NCBI GenBank assembly: GCA_964035545.1
Contig: OZ037766.1
Location: forward strand, 27,883,673-27,947,672
DNA from: Bugula neritina
Lineage: Eukaryota > Animalia > Bryozoa
Direction of reading: 5' to 3'
Length of the DNA stretch: 64,000 nucleotides
Shown: positions 1 to 13,100 of the stretch, one piece after another
Layout of the letters: every line of letters starts with the position of its first letter
Position numbering within the stretch: position 1 is the first letter of the stretch
Translations under genes and position numbers: made by a program
Notes under the pieces: model-generated
Databases searched by the model: none
The model's input: the letters and a program-made list of their open reading frames with translations, nothing else
What the model was told of the DNA's origin: nothing

Positions 1-41
1 TCACTATGTCTATTATACATGTAGTATCTGTAAATACTTAC

Positions 42-1959
42 TAAGGCATTTTCTTAAGGTAGGATAGTACACATAGCCAATGCAACAAACAATATTAGCT
101 TCTGGACAGGAGTTGTCTTCTACAATAGTGATGTACTCCTCATAGTATTCTGTTGTTGTTCTAAAACAGGGGACACAAGTTGTTTTAGAAGTGAGTAGAT
201 TTTAACATATACGTAGAAACTTTTTAGAAGTAATAGAATTGCAATTAGAAAGTCCCATGTCTATAGTTACTATTTTTTGCTATAACTACGATATTTTTCT
301 GTAACTTACTATTTTCTCACATATGATACTGTAACTCATTTAATAGGTTGATGCACATTTTTGTGAGGTTTCACGGTACTGCACAGAATTAATAAAAGGT
401 TAAGAATGGAAAACCGATATCTTTTCATGCAGCATCAATGCACCTTGGCTTCAAAGTTATCAATTCAAATCAAATAGAGTTTGAAAGTTTTTGAAAGTTC
501 TATAAATAGATGAACGTTTAGTAGAGATAAATTTCGTTATGTGAATATATTAATTAACTTTATATCGTCAACTAAAACTGTCTAATCTATGCACCCATAA
601 TTGTTTGACAATGTACAATGATAAAGTTTTACTGTAGTGTATGCCTGAAGAGCTTTTTAAAATATAGGGAGTAGCTTTGAATAGTGATACAGCTATAAAC
701 TGCTGTTGCATTTGCCTAAAATAACTTGTTACTATGAGATACTAAAATAACCTTACACTGTTGTGTTGAAAGCAGGAAAATAAAAGGGAATGCATTGGAT
801 ATGGCCTATAAGCCCACATACATAACGACCTCCTCTTTGTACGACTTTAGTTACTACTCTGGCTCGGACCTGTCAGCACAACACAGAATGAGCACAATAT
901 TGTATTACAAATTACAAAAATGTATTATGCAGCCAAATAGAAATATTTGTATATGTATAAAGTTCTGGCAGGCTCATATTTGGTCATCAATCTTAAAATT
1001 TAATGCTTGTTTACCATGGTTATAACCACAGAGCTTATTATTAAGTTTTTTTCATTAATTCAGGAAACATCTAAAATTTTAACCTTTCCTTGTATATGTA
1101 AAATTTAATAATAGAACTTGTAAACTTAAAAAACTCACCACTTTCTTTATGCGTGTAATTGTAGTTGGAGTTGTGCTACAACAGGTATTAGGGTTGTCTC
1201 CTCCCTGGACTGATCTTTTCACTATTTCACCACCATTTTCTAACAAGTCCTAAATATATATCAAAAAGAAAATTAGTTTAAATCTTCCCTGAAAGCGCTT
1301 TGATTGTGATAATTTTTAATTGAAAGACAAAATTTATTGAGGTAGATGCAGTGATGAAAACATTTGAAAAAACCCATGTTTGTAAATAAAAAAATATTGT
1401 AATAGAAGTTATGTTCTTGAAAGAGAGTTTTAACCCAAAGCTCGTAAAGACAATGTTAAAAAAGTTAGGCTGTTTAACTTTCTCTGTTCATGCACCTATT
1501 TGAGTCTAACACAAAATAATTAAATATAGCAAAAGTTTTAACAAATTGCATTTCTCTATTTTTATAGAAAATTTCCAGTACACTAGTTACCACATACACT
1601 GTGTTCTTGTAATTGACGAAATTGCAGTTGATTTTATACACATTTATAATACGTGTACATTTTGATTTGCGGTGTATTTTTACATAGTGTTATTATATGT
1701 GAAATGCTATAATAAAATATATTGGAGACAATTCTAATTCACTCACCAGTGCATGGATGCATTCATCAATCATGCTTTGTCTTTCTTCAGCAGAGAGCAG
1801 TGACAAGGCATACCGAGCTCCTGCATCTAGCAGATTCTCCCCATCTTCAGGTACAGCTATGCTGTCATTAAAGTCTTGTCTGTGGAGAGAACCCGGTTGT
1901 GGGATACCTCTGACACCCACAGCAAGTACTAGCAAGGTGATGACAGCTATGAGCTCCAT
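42..1959 (-). CDS. g1: secreted prepro-protein with EMI-like Cys-rich domain (3' partial, last exon outside the window)
   Basis: Exons 1959-1747, 1249-1139, 869-757, 160-42, all GT-AG, intron phases 0,0,2,1. Protein: MELIAVITLLVLAVGVRG (signal)...DECIHAL/DLLENGGEIVKR-SVQGGDNPNTCCSTTPTTITRIKKV/VRARVVTKVVQRGGRYVCGLIGHIQCIPFYFPAFNTTV/TTTEYYEEYITIVEDNSCPEANIVCCIGYVYYPTLRKCL. Supported by exon-by-exon paralogy with g2-g5. Confidence 0.9.
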
Positions 1960-2353
1960 GATCCGAACACCTGCAGTGGAATAAGAGAGTAGCAAAATCT
2001 TTGTTGTGTGTTAAGCTACAGAATTTATACACCAAAACAGGTCAAACAACAGGTAGTTCTATGTAAATATTATAACACACTATGCACGCAGATGCAACTC
2101 ATCAGATGTTAGACAACATACATATCTAAAGCATCATATAGACAACGTTGCTGTTAAATAAAATAACATTTTTTCATGCAAGTTTGTACCATATTTATAA
2201 TAATTATAAGAAAATAGTAAGTTTTAAAATAAAGTACTATGTACCTATATAGCAGCTTTCACAAGCTTTCAGCCTATAATATTGCTTTGATAGCTTGAGT
2301 GAAATGAAGGCTTTACACAGAAATTTAGACTACTAATAAAATTTCATATTTCT

Positions 2354-2410
2354 ACTCACTTCCTCCCAGTATGTAAAATGATCTTTGCCACTAGCTTTAG
2401 ATTATATAGT
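2354..2410 (-). promoter_or_regulatory. Putative TATA box and short non-coding first exon of g1
   Basis: The minus strand reads TATATAAT, then TCATT about 25 nt downstream, then a GTGAGT donor (2359-2354). A CAG acceptor at 1973-1971 lies just before the ATG. A similar TATA + short exon + donor layout is seen upstream of g2 (~10840-10915), g3 (~19370-19445), g4 (~24429-24517) and g5 (~36072-36160). Confidence 0.5.
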
Positions 2411-2707
2411 CTTCAACACAGCCTAATAAAAATGCAACATGATTGCTGTAATCTCTCACACAAATAAAGTCATCAAAAAGCATGTTTGCCAACTTTTTCC
2501 TCCTCAATAATCATGTGAAAAACCGCAATAAACAATTTAAATAATGTGTAGGTTGATGAAAGATTATAACAGTATAAATAAAGTTATACTAATTAATGGT
2601 TAGTTGGCCAAGCGGTGTTTTAGTATTCAAGTTGAACATCGTGATCTCTATATGTTAGGTCAACCAATGTTTTTGAGATTATTATTTGTCACTCTGACAT
2701 TATTTAC

Positions 2708-2887
2708 AATTTTCAAGCTTGATGCTCAGACTTAGTATCTATGATCACATTGGCTTTAGATTTTGGTGTCAACTTTTCTGTTAGGCATGGCATGCTATAG
2801 CATGCCATGCCTAACAGAAAAGTTGACACCAAAATCTAAAGCCAATGTGATCATAGATACTAAGTCTGAGCATCAAGCTTGAAAATT
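2708..2887. repeat. Perfect 180-bp palindrome with no spacer
   Basis: The 90-bp arms are exact reverse complements about the centre CATGCTA|TAGCATG (2797/2798); both ends are AATT. Confidence 0.95.
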
Positions 2888-3392
2888 CACTAGTAATGAC
2901 ATCTCTATGACATTTTCTATTCATACTTCCATATCAGATAAAATCACTGCTGTTTCCATTTTTCATTCCTGTTTTTCTGTGTTTGTTGCATTGTCACCAT
3001 CCACATTCAGTTGAAACTAATATTTGGCCTCATATAGTATTATGACTTAATGCACACATTACACCTGCATGGTGATCTCTTCCACACAATATTACTCTTT
3101 TACTCTCTTCTATGTGTTTAAACCTGCATATAATGTATATAGCCTGGGTTCTAAAGAGAAAATTGTTTTGTTCTCTATCGCATCTTCTTAACTTATGTGT
3201 TAAGGATTGGTAGAAAACAATTTGTCACATGTTTCCTATCCTATTCTTTGTGTGTCAATACTGTTGTCAGTGTTTTTTATCAGAACTGTTTAATTATATA
3301 GTTGGCCTGATAAGTACATTAACTTAACGGTGATTAAAGAATATGCATGCATAGATAATATACAAAGAAAACGCAATATAATTTATGCTGTA

Positions 3393-4721
3393 GGGGTAAC
3401 GGGGGGGGGGGGGGGGGGGGGGGGGGCACAACGGTCATAGGGGTACAAAAAGCCGGCCAAATTGTGAGAGAACTTATTGACTTAGAGTTGTGATTTTTTT
3501 TTCATAAAAAGATATTGACATAATTATTCAGCCCTTGTAGTTTCAACACTTGCGGAATATACGTGTTGAAAAGGCGAGCAAAAAACTGTTTTTACCTACT
3601 TTTTGTAAATTTTTTAGGATGTCGTTAAAGCTTTATAACTTTTTACACTCAAAGGCAAGAAGCCTAGATTTTACTAATATTGTTGCCATTGCTTGTTTCT
3701 ACATCGCTTAACTAGTATAACAGCAAACTATGAAATAAATTTTCCTTGAGGCACATTTATTTTCAATTTGGCCACATGGGGCACAATGGACCACGCTGAT
3801 TATTGCACCCTGATCACTGTTATTAGTCTGTTTGCCCAAAAAGTTGGTTGAAATGTTACTAAAATCTATAGATATATAGCCATTTCTGACCTTTTTGTAA
3901 AGTATCAAAGACATCATGGTAAGACTACAAAACTACAAGTTGAAGCTCCCTAATATATACATCTTGTGAGGTTAAAGCTTTGCCATTTTATACATAATAC
4001 AAAACACTCTGCTGTTGCTACTTGCTACTAGTAGATAGCCATGATATTTATTATATATTACACCATCGAGGGAATATACATGTATTTGACTAAAATAAAT
4101 TGTGATTTGCTCATTTGCTCCCCCCTCTCCCTTCCGTACTCCAGTCATAAACTTCAGCCATGCACCTTAGCTACAGTTCATAGAAAAAAGTCGACTTGCA
4201 ATTTTGTAGTACATGTTGCTAAAGTTGTTTTTTGATTAACGTTCTTCTGAGGTGAAAATAACAGAACATTTTTAGTTTTAAATAGTAATGATAATGGCAC
4301 TGCAGAACCGAGTGAGGTGCGTTTGATTTTGCCTTCCTCTGCTATCCGTAGGGGCACCAACTGTACAGCTAAAACATGAATCTTGCTGTAGATCTGAAAG
4401 AGTATCTTTATTTATTTGTAATATTAAATAAATAAAGATCAGATGTAACAAAATATGCAAAATTTCAATATATTTGTTGTGTCCCACCCAGTGGCCCATT
4501 GTACCCCGGTACCGGGGCACAATGGGCCAATTTTTTCGCCATAAAAATTTCATTATTCTGAAAGTTGCAAGAGAGATAGAAACAAAAAACTGGTACCTGT
4601 AATAGACAACAGATGCAGCATTAAGACCAGAGATTATTGAATTAGTAACTTGAAAAACAGACAAATGAGAGCAACAAATGCAAAATTCGGCCCGTTGTGC
4701 CCCCCCCCCACCCGTTACCCC
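3393..4721. mobile_element. Non-autonomous DNA transposon (MITE), Tc1/mariner-pogo-like
   Basis: TIRs GGGGTAACGGG(G)nCACAACGG ... CCGTTGTG(C)nACCCGTTACCCC, flanked by TA on both sides. Internal GGGGCACAATGG sub-repeats at ~3778 and ~4494-4527. No transposase ORF. Confidence 0.8.
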
Positions 4722-7700
4722 TATGGCACATTCTAAAAGATATTGCTACTCTTAGTATTTTAGTAACTTTACTTTAGTTGGAGTTTGTTTCATCTGCTTC
4801 TGGATATAACTGACATGTCTTATGCAAGCATTATGACAGTTCAAAGCTGATCGTCATCATCAATTCTCTTAGTTTCAGATTGACTGAACTATTAATTTAT
4901 AAATGTAAAAGATGATCTGATATATTTCAAACATTCGAGAGAAATTAAGATATATATTGTTATAACAACGTATACATACGCTAAATAGAAGCAAACTAGT
5001 TAAGGAATTTAAAATTGTTAATAAGAACATGTAGCCTAACATTTGCAATTATGAATGTATACTTTACAAAAGCCAAAGCTCATGATATTTATAATATTAA
5101 GCTGTATGTGTTTATTTATATTAACATAAATCAACATATTCCCTTCTTGCTTTAGTCTTTTCGACACGAGAAACAAGGTGAATTTTTATTTTGCTTTGCT
5201 TTATGAGAAGTGTTTTAAATATATTATAAAGCCAAACTTAATTGCACGACTCTATAGTTATATGTTAATGAATTTATTATTATTAATGCTTTGGCATAGC
5301 TCTAGAGTCTAGATTAAACAGTTAGTTTCTTCATTAAAATAAAATATTCATAACTGCCTACATAAAAGCTGTTTTTGTGAAAATGTGGTTAGCAAAATGC
5401 AAAATGATTTAAAACAATGTAAACAGTTAAACTGTTGTATGAACCTAATCATAAGTATATTTGGCATTTGCAAAATGAGTTGAGATGCATATAACATATC
5501 AGTTGTCATTCATTTCATCCATTCACTTTTGATACATCAGCTTTGAATTGGAGAAACACCAAATTGCAAATCATCAATTAATAAAATGTAAACAAATGAC
5601 AACATATGTGACCCACCACCACAAAACCAGGAACGTTTGTGAAATTGTGAAAATTGATTTGTATGTTCAATTATTGCTTTATATAAATGTGCCAAGTTCC
5701 TGGTTTTGTCAGTCGGGTCACATATTTAATTGATGATTAATATTGTTATTTATTTACTACAACCAAAGTGCAAAATTACAATCTGAATGTAGCCAGATGG
5801 TCATCTACTTAGTTGATTTGCCTTGTAAACTTAATCAACCACAACTGCATGGCTGGTGCTATACTCTCTTTTTCTGGTTTACATGCAACTTCCTTTTGTG
5901 GATAATTGATGAAATTTTCAATCATTTGACAAACTGCTTTTGGAGAGTTTTTTTCATGTTGCTTTGAAAAAATGATTTTTTTTTCTTAATGTATACGCTT
6001 CAAAAGAAATAATTTCCCTTATCAATAAGAATATATATCTGGCTGCAGTTACACACCTGCCAAAGTACAACTCTATAACAGAGAACACATTTCGCAATAT
6101 TAATTGATATATATATATATATTTGCTAGCTATCAAGAAGAAAAATTAATAAACGCTATCCATGATGCAATGACGATGTAGAAGTATATAAATGACATTG
6201 TTTTCAGAATTTATTTTAAAAAATCGATTTATTGGTGTAATACATATGTGATGAAATTCAATTTTATATGAAAAATTAAACAAAAGATCAAATTTTTTAT
6301 TTTGTTTTGAAAATGATTGAAGCAATAATTTCATCAGCTAATTTAACTTATATAGTCAGTTTTCTCAATGATAGCACTCATCAAAGGTTTTTAGTCTATT
6401 TAAGTAATGTGATTGTAAAATTAGAATAATGTTAACATTAAATTCAAGAGTAAAAGCTTTCTTACATTTAACATCATCAATGGTTTTGCTGCCAAAATAT
6501 ACAAATGTGCATGTAGACTGTCTGTGTTAGACTGGTTAATAGGTGTGTGATGGTGAACAGAAAGGACTTCATGATAAAATCTCTAATCTTACGTTATATA
6601 GTTGTAGCATGAGCATATGCCATTTCCTGTAAACATATGTGAGCAAAAGAATAACTGGTACCCATACTTGTGTACCACCGAAGACTACTCTACAAAACAA
6701 TTACTTTATGTTTAGCCCTAGTAGGTTATGTGTACCAGATCCGAAAGCATTCTCATGCCCAAGTATCTTTAAGGTTAAAAAGCATAACTAAAACAAGTTT
6801 AAACATTCTGCTAGAAATAATATCACAAAAATTAAATTAATATTTTGAACTTGTAACACCAGAACTACTATGTACTGCAGCTTGAGAGCTTCAAGGCTTT
6901 TAGATGCATGAATGGAGAGAAAAACTGAGAATCTAAAGTTCTCTAACCAATAATATAAATTTTGATAATAGAATTTCTATTTTTTATAAGTTGTTACATT
7001 AATTTTGCCTATTTAATAATATATGGCCTTAGAAAGTTGATGTGGCCCAATAGTTTTATGAGTATGTTCTTATCATATGCAATTATAGACAACAGCTTTT
7101 AAAAAGTAAATTCAGTATGACAAATGATCATATATGTTGGTTTTGAATTTATATAACGTAATTATATTAGCTGCTATACATATGAGCACACAGAGTTGGT
7201 CAACTAAAATTTATTTACCTTTCTAATCTTTGAATTATACATATTAATAGTTAAAAATTTAGCTCTCACACCGTATCTAGTATATAATTGTTATTGTGCA
7301 TTCACATATTATTATTATGTTATATCATGGTACAGAAAAAATTTCACTATAAGGACCAATTACTAAATCAATATTTATTGCATATAATATGCAATTTTTA
7401 TATTAGTCAATAAAACTTGAAATGAAAAACACCATTGCTTGGCAATTGTTAGTCATGGAGTGTACAACTTATACTTCTTTTTTTATTATACTTTGAAAAT
7501 TTTGTTTTAGTCAAGCTTTGCAAGTTTTTTACATTTTATTTTGAATAAAAACAGACATGACAACACATACAGGTCAAAATGTTGAATATAAATTTGTCTA
7601 TAAATGAGACTAATGTTAATAGAATGCACTAAAAATTCTCCTATCTTTCAAATATAACGTTATAAAAATATAGTTTAACTCAAAATATTCAATATTACAT

Positions 7701-7836
7701 TATACTATAATAGAAAATCCTTTTTAAAACATTGAAGGCATAATATAGTACAATATGTAATTTTTAATGATTTCTGTTGCATATTATTGACAAATGAACG
7801 TTTAGTAAACATAGTCAGCTTGTTGAGCTCTATAAT

Positions 7837-10421
7837 TCATCCAGAAATAAGCGAGGTAAAATAGAGAACATCTCGATATTCTCTCATTAAACTCAGGTGC
7901 CTCTCTGCTTCTATAAAAGCTACAAACACACAACAAAAGCATAACTGTATTAAATATTTATAATAACATGAATGCGTATTTGTTGATGCGATAAAAATGT
8001 GCATGAACAGAATGTGAGAGTTATCTGCTATTCAACCTAGCTAGAATTTAAAAGGAAAACCTCATAAAAAGCATCATGTTAAATAATGATGGAAAGATTC
8101 TTGGACATTTAGAGCAATAATTTTACCACATTAGGTTCCATATAATGAAACTAAACTGCTAATGTTTTATTGCTGTCTCCAAATTGGTTTTACGACATTT
8201 TATTGCATAGCTTTTTCTTAAACCCACAACTATCATATTATGTTTTCATTTTTAAAATGTATTTCATGACACCAAATAGTATTTTTTTAATAATGACTAC
8301 CAAAACTATATTGCTGTAGACATTGTTTTTTAAAAAAGAATAATTTGCTATCTATAATACATGTAGTAGCTATAATAAATACTTACTAAGGCATTGTCTT
8401 AAGGTAGGATAGTACACATAGCCACTGCAACAAACAATATTAGCTTCTGGGCAGGAGTTGTCTTCTATAATAGTGATGTACTCCTCATAGTACTCTGTTG
8501 TTGTGCTAAAACAGAAGACTCAAAATATTTTGTTTTACAAAGAGTATGCTTCAACATATTCCAAATTATGCGAGTATTTTTTCTTTTAACAAACTGCAAA
8601 TTTTATTTTATATTTTGTAAGTATAATTCTAACTATGCTATATTTGCAATCCTGTTATAGCTTCTGGTTATAGAGTGTTGGTTTTTCTTGAACCTGATAA
8701 ACTATATTTTGATTTGATGTTAAAGCTTTAGTAAATATATATTTATTACCCAAAGTTATTAGTTAATTTATAAATCAACTTAAACTCTCTAATGTAAAAC
8801 CTTATGATCGTTTAACAATGTACAATGGTTAAAGTTGTATCACTGTGTAGGACAGCCTAAGCTATAGCTGATTTAAAATAGCTATTAGGTTTGAATACTG
8901 TTAGATGAATACTGTTGCTTTTGCAGTAAATAATTATATGCAATAAAACAATCTTACATGGTTTCGGTAAATGGAGAAATGCATCTGAATGCGCCCATAA
9001 ACCCACATACATAACGACCTCCTCTTTGTACGACTTTAGTTACTATTCTGGCTCGAACCTGTCAGCACAACACATAGAGCACAATGTAGTATAACAAGTT
9101 GCAAAAATGTATAATGCAACCAAATAAAAGCATTTTTTGTGTATATAAAGCTTTGGCAGGTTCATATTTGGTCACCTCACTCGAAATGGTGCTGTTATAA
9201 TGAAAATTATAATCACAGATTGAGCTCATCAACAAGTTCTGTTATCAAAAAGCATTTGAAATTTCCACTAATATTTGTATGTAAAATGCAAAACTAAAAA
9301 CTGTAACTTTTAAAAAGCTCACCAATTTTCGTCTGCGTGTAATTGTAGTTGGAGTTGTGCTACAACAGAAATTAGAGTTGCCTCCACCCTGAACAGATCT
9401 TTTCACTATTTCACCACCATTTTCTAACAAGTCCTAAATATATATCAAGAAGAAAATGAAAACAATGCAAAACTACTTAAATGACAAACTATACATTTTC
9501 CCAAATCTCCACAGTGCTCACTGCTTATGAGTTTAAGTCAACAAAATTGAAAACACTCTTAGCTTCTACCAAAGGTAATCGTTTGAACTAAAAAATAAAC
9601 TTTGCTGTAATTGTTGCTACATCATCAGGTGATCAGTAATGGTGCAAGGTGCTATCATATGTATTATTGTAGCCAGTTTACATGTGTGCAGCACAACATT
9701 CTATGCTTACAATGTTTTCTAAGACAGTTTAGGTTCATGAAATACAGAGAAGCTGTTATTAGATGTTTCTCTTTTAATTTGGAAAAATACATCTAAATTT
9801 TCAAATAACATAATGAGAACACTTCTCATTATATTATTATTTGAAAATTTAGATGTATTTTTCCAAATGTCATAATCTAATGATATGGTTGATACTTTAA
9901 AGGACTCAAATCCTCTGTGATTACATATCCTGATATATCATGATATGCATGCATAACACAGATAAACTGCACTAGCTACTTGCATCACCATGCCACAATT
10001 CAGTCAAGATCGACACACAAAAAATCTTAATATATCTATACAAATACAGCAGAACTGATTTTAAAGAAAAGTTGCAGTTGACTTATTTTGCATAGATTTT
10101 GATTCTTTATATGCATATACACATTGTCATATGTAGTATATTTTATGCAGATCATATTATGAGAAATGCCATAATAAAATATATTTGAGGCAATTCTAGT
10201 TCACTTACCAGTGCATGGATGCATTCATCAATTATGCTTTGTCTTTCTTCAGCAGAGAGCAGTGACAAGGCATACCGAGCTCCTGCATCTAGCAGATTCT
10301 CCCCATCTTCAGGCACAGAAATGCTGTCATTAAAGTCTTGTCTGTGGAGAGAACCCGGTTGTGGGATACCTCTGACACCCACAGCAAGTACTAGCAAGGT
10401 GATGACAGCTATGAGATCCAT
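7837..10421 (-). CDS. g2: secreted prepro-protein with EMI-like domain, 208 aa, complete
   Basis: Exons 10421-10209, 9433-9323, 9058-8958, 8505-8387, 7919-7837 (627 nt, open frame, TGA stop). Contains IVKR-S, NFCCSTT, YVCGFMGAFRC, CPEANIVCCSGY; tail TFIEAERHLSLMREYRDVLYFTSLISG*. Confidence 0.9.
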
Positions 10422-13068
10422 GTTCTGAACACCTTCATCAATCAAAAAATATAGAATGAAAGAGTACAACATAATCTAGGGTTAGAACTTTGCTTCGTGT
10501 GAAGCTACAGTCTTTACAACAAAGATGGATCAAATAAATATGAGTTTCAGATAACATCGTTGCACACAAATAGAAAATATTAAATTCTAACTTAGTTGCG
10601 GAATTAAAGGTTATATATAACATAGAGAAGGTGTATTATTGGAGAAATCTGAAAAGCCTGCGCATGCATGTATCCTAGATTTGAAATAATATAGCAAAAG
10701 AAGTTATCATATCACAAGAATTTTAACCAGCACTCCAAACCAAAATGTATCAATTTACACTATACAAGACATTGTAAGTTTGTATTAGTAATTATAGGAA
10801 AATAAAGAATGAAATAAAGTTCTGACGTAATGCAGTAACCATACCTGGGAGCTTTGTTGCTTCGGTGGCTGTAGGAGTGTAATGAAGAGTGTACACAGTC
10901 CTATCTTATATAAACAATTTTCTCTAGCAGTAAAACTGATGCTCATCACTGTTTATAGCCATCTCTATACCACACAAAATCATATAGTAGTATATATGTT
11001 TACTGGCTTTCTCTTTTACACTATTTATTGCATCACTGAAAACTAATAAAAACATGTAGGCCTACGCTGATTATAACTTCTGCAAAATTAATTATTATAG
11101 TATAGAAAACAATTTGCTGGCCTGCATGGTAGTGTTTTAGCATTTAGTTATTCATACTTTTGTGAGAATCAAAATAACCAATGTGCTATTTCATTTAGGT
11201 CGTGCATGTTTGGAATACCATTAAAATCATAGTTTAATTTATTCATCAGGTTTCATAGCAGCTATTAGAGCAAAATTATATGTAACCAACTGAGACCTTA
11301 CAAAGTAAATAGGTTATAATTTATGTTACTAGCATTCTAAAAATCATTTAGTGTTACTAATTTTAACTCAGTTTGCATCAGTAGCTCCTAGATATATACA
11401 GAGACTGAGGAAATCAGCATCTTATATATAAACATTATGGCTCTGTTCAAAGTTTTTCATTATTGCTTGTACTTCCAGTATAGTCTAGAGTCCATGAAAA
11501 AATTATTTGCTGCTTTAAAATATTTGTGGAAATATTTAGCATGATACATTTATAGAAAGTAATAAAGCTGTTTCTAAAATCTATCATTACATTTTCCTTC
11601 ACTAGCTGTAGAACTAAAGTGATTGCATTCAAAATCTCAAAAGTTGATCAACTCAATTTAACTTTTTTATCATGCAAATTAAGCTCAAAAACACAAGTCG
11701 TAACATAACATTTAGATATTTCAAAAAAAATAATAACTTGCGTAGATAATCAAACTTACCACGTAATATCAGATTTCAATATAGTTTAAAAAAGTTTGAA
11801 AAATAATATTATTTTAATTGAATTATATAATGGACTTCTGCTATAGTAGCTGGGGATATTGCTAATTTACATGCATTGATGTCTTATATTATACAACTAA
11901 AACTTAACTGGAAACTAATTTATATAGCATACTGATATTGCATAGTGACAAATGCACTTATGAGTTCATTATCGAGTCAGCATTCGAGTGCAATTGTTTC
12001 TTTTTACTTCAGTCAGAAAACTGGAAACTAAATTTTAATTTTGTTCTGCCTTTGAAAATGTTCCCCAATTTATAAAAAAAAAACATTAAACATGATTGTA
12101 CAAATATGGTGTTACTTTGTTTGCATATTATAACTATTACAATAAATTAACTTTGTATAATATATTCTTGCGGGAGTACAGTTTCTTCAGCAGATGTTTG
12201 TAATTCCTATTGGCTTTATCGAAAACAGCTTTTGGCAATGTTTTGTATGGGGCTGCAGTTGACCTGAATTGAAACAGCTCAAAAACTTTAAACTTTCAAA
12301 CTGTATTAAAAACTTTAATAAAATTTATTTGACATTTATATATTGGAAAGATTTATATTTGATTATTATGATGCAGTTTAGTGCCTGCATATACTTTCTA
12401 TATAAACATGTTGAATTAGAAAAACACGAAATTGTAAATCATCAAATGAGAAGACGAGATGTAAACACATGGCAAATAACTTAAAACCACATTTATTTGA
12501 CAATGGAAATATTCCTTATTTATTATATAGGGCAGAGGACAAATTGCTATAATCTGAATGCCATCATACTACGGCCATCTACTTGCTGATTTGCCATGTG
12601 AACTTTTGACCACTGCTGGAGGTCTACTAGTCATAGAAGTAATTAGCTGGCCGGAAGTTTTCCTGGTTTACAAGTTCCTTTTGTGAATTTAATAAAATCT
12701 TTCATAACTAGATCTGTCTTAAAAAAGGTTCTTTCTTATTGGGCTGTGAAAGCCACCACAATTAGAACAACTTTTTTGTATAGAAAGGCAGTTTTCTTTA
12801 CCTGATTCAACTATTTCAGCCACATTTTCTACAATTAATTGAGAGAATAACATGCATGGTATTTTTATATTCATGCAACTTGTATTGAAATAATCCGAGT
12901 ATTATTTTTAACTTAAGCTACAAAATGTATAATAATTTAATAATTTACTTCCAACAACACAAATTAAAAATACTTGAAACGCAGGGAAGAAAAGAATAGG
13001 GAAAATAGTACCAAAGCTACTTAAATGTATTATAGCTATTATAGCTTATTACATATATATTATATATA

Positions 13069-13100
<32 letters not shown>

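Noticed and set aside
1757-1984. Plus-strand ORF MHSSIMLCL..., with a copy at 10219-10428
   Set aside because: Antisense shadow of g1/g2 exon 1.
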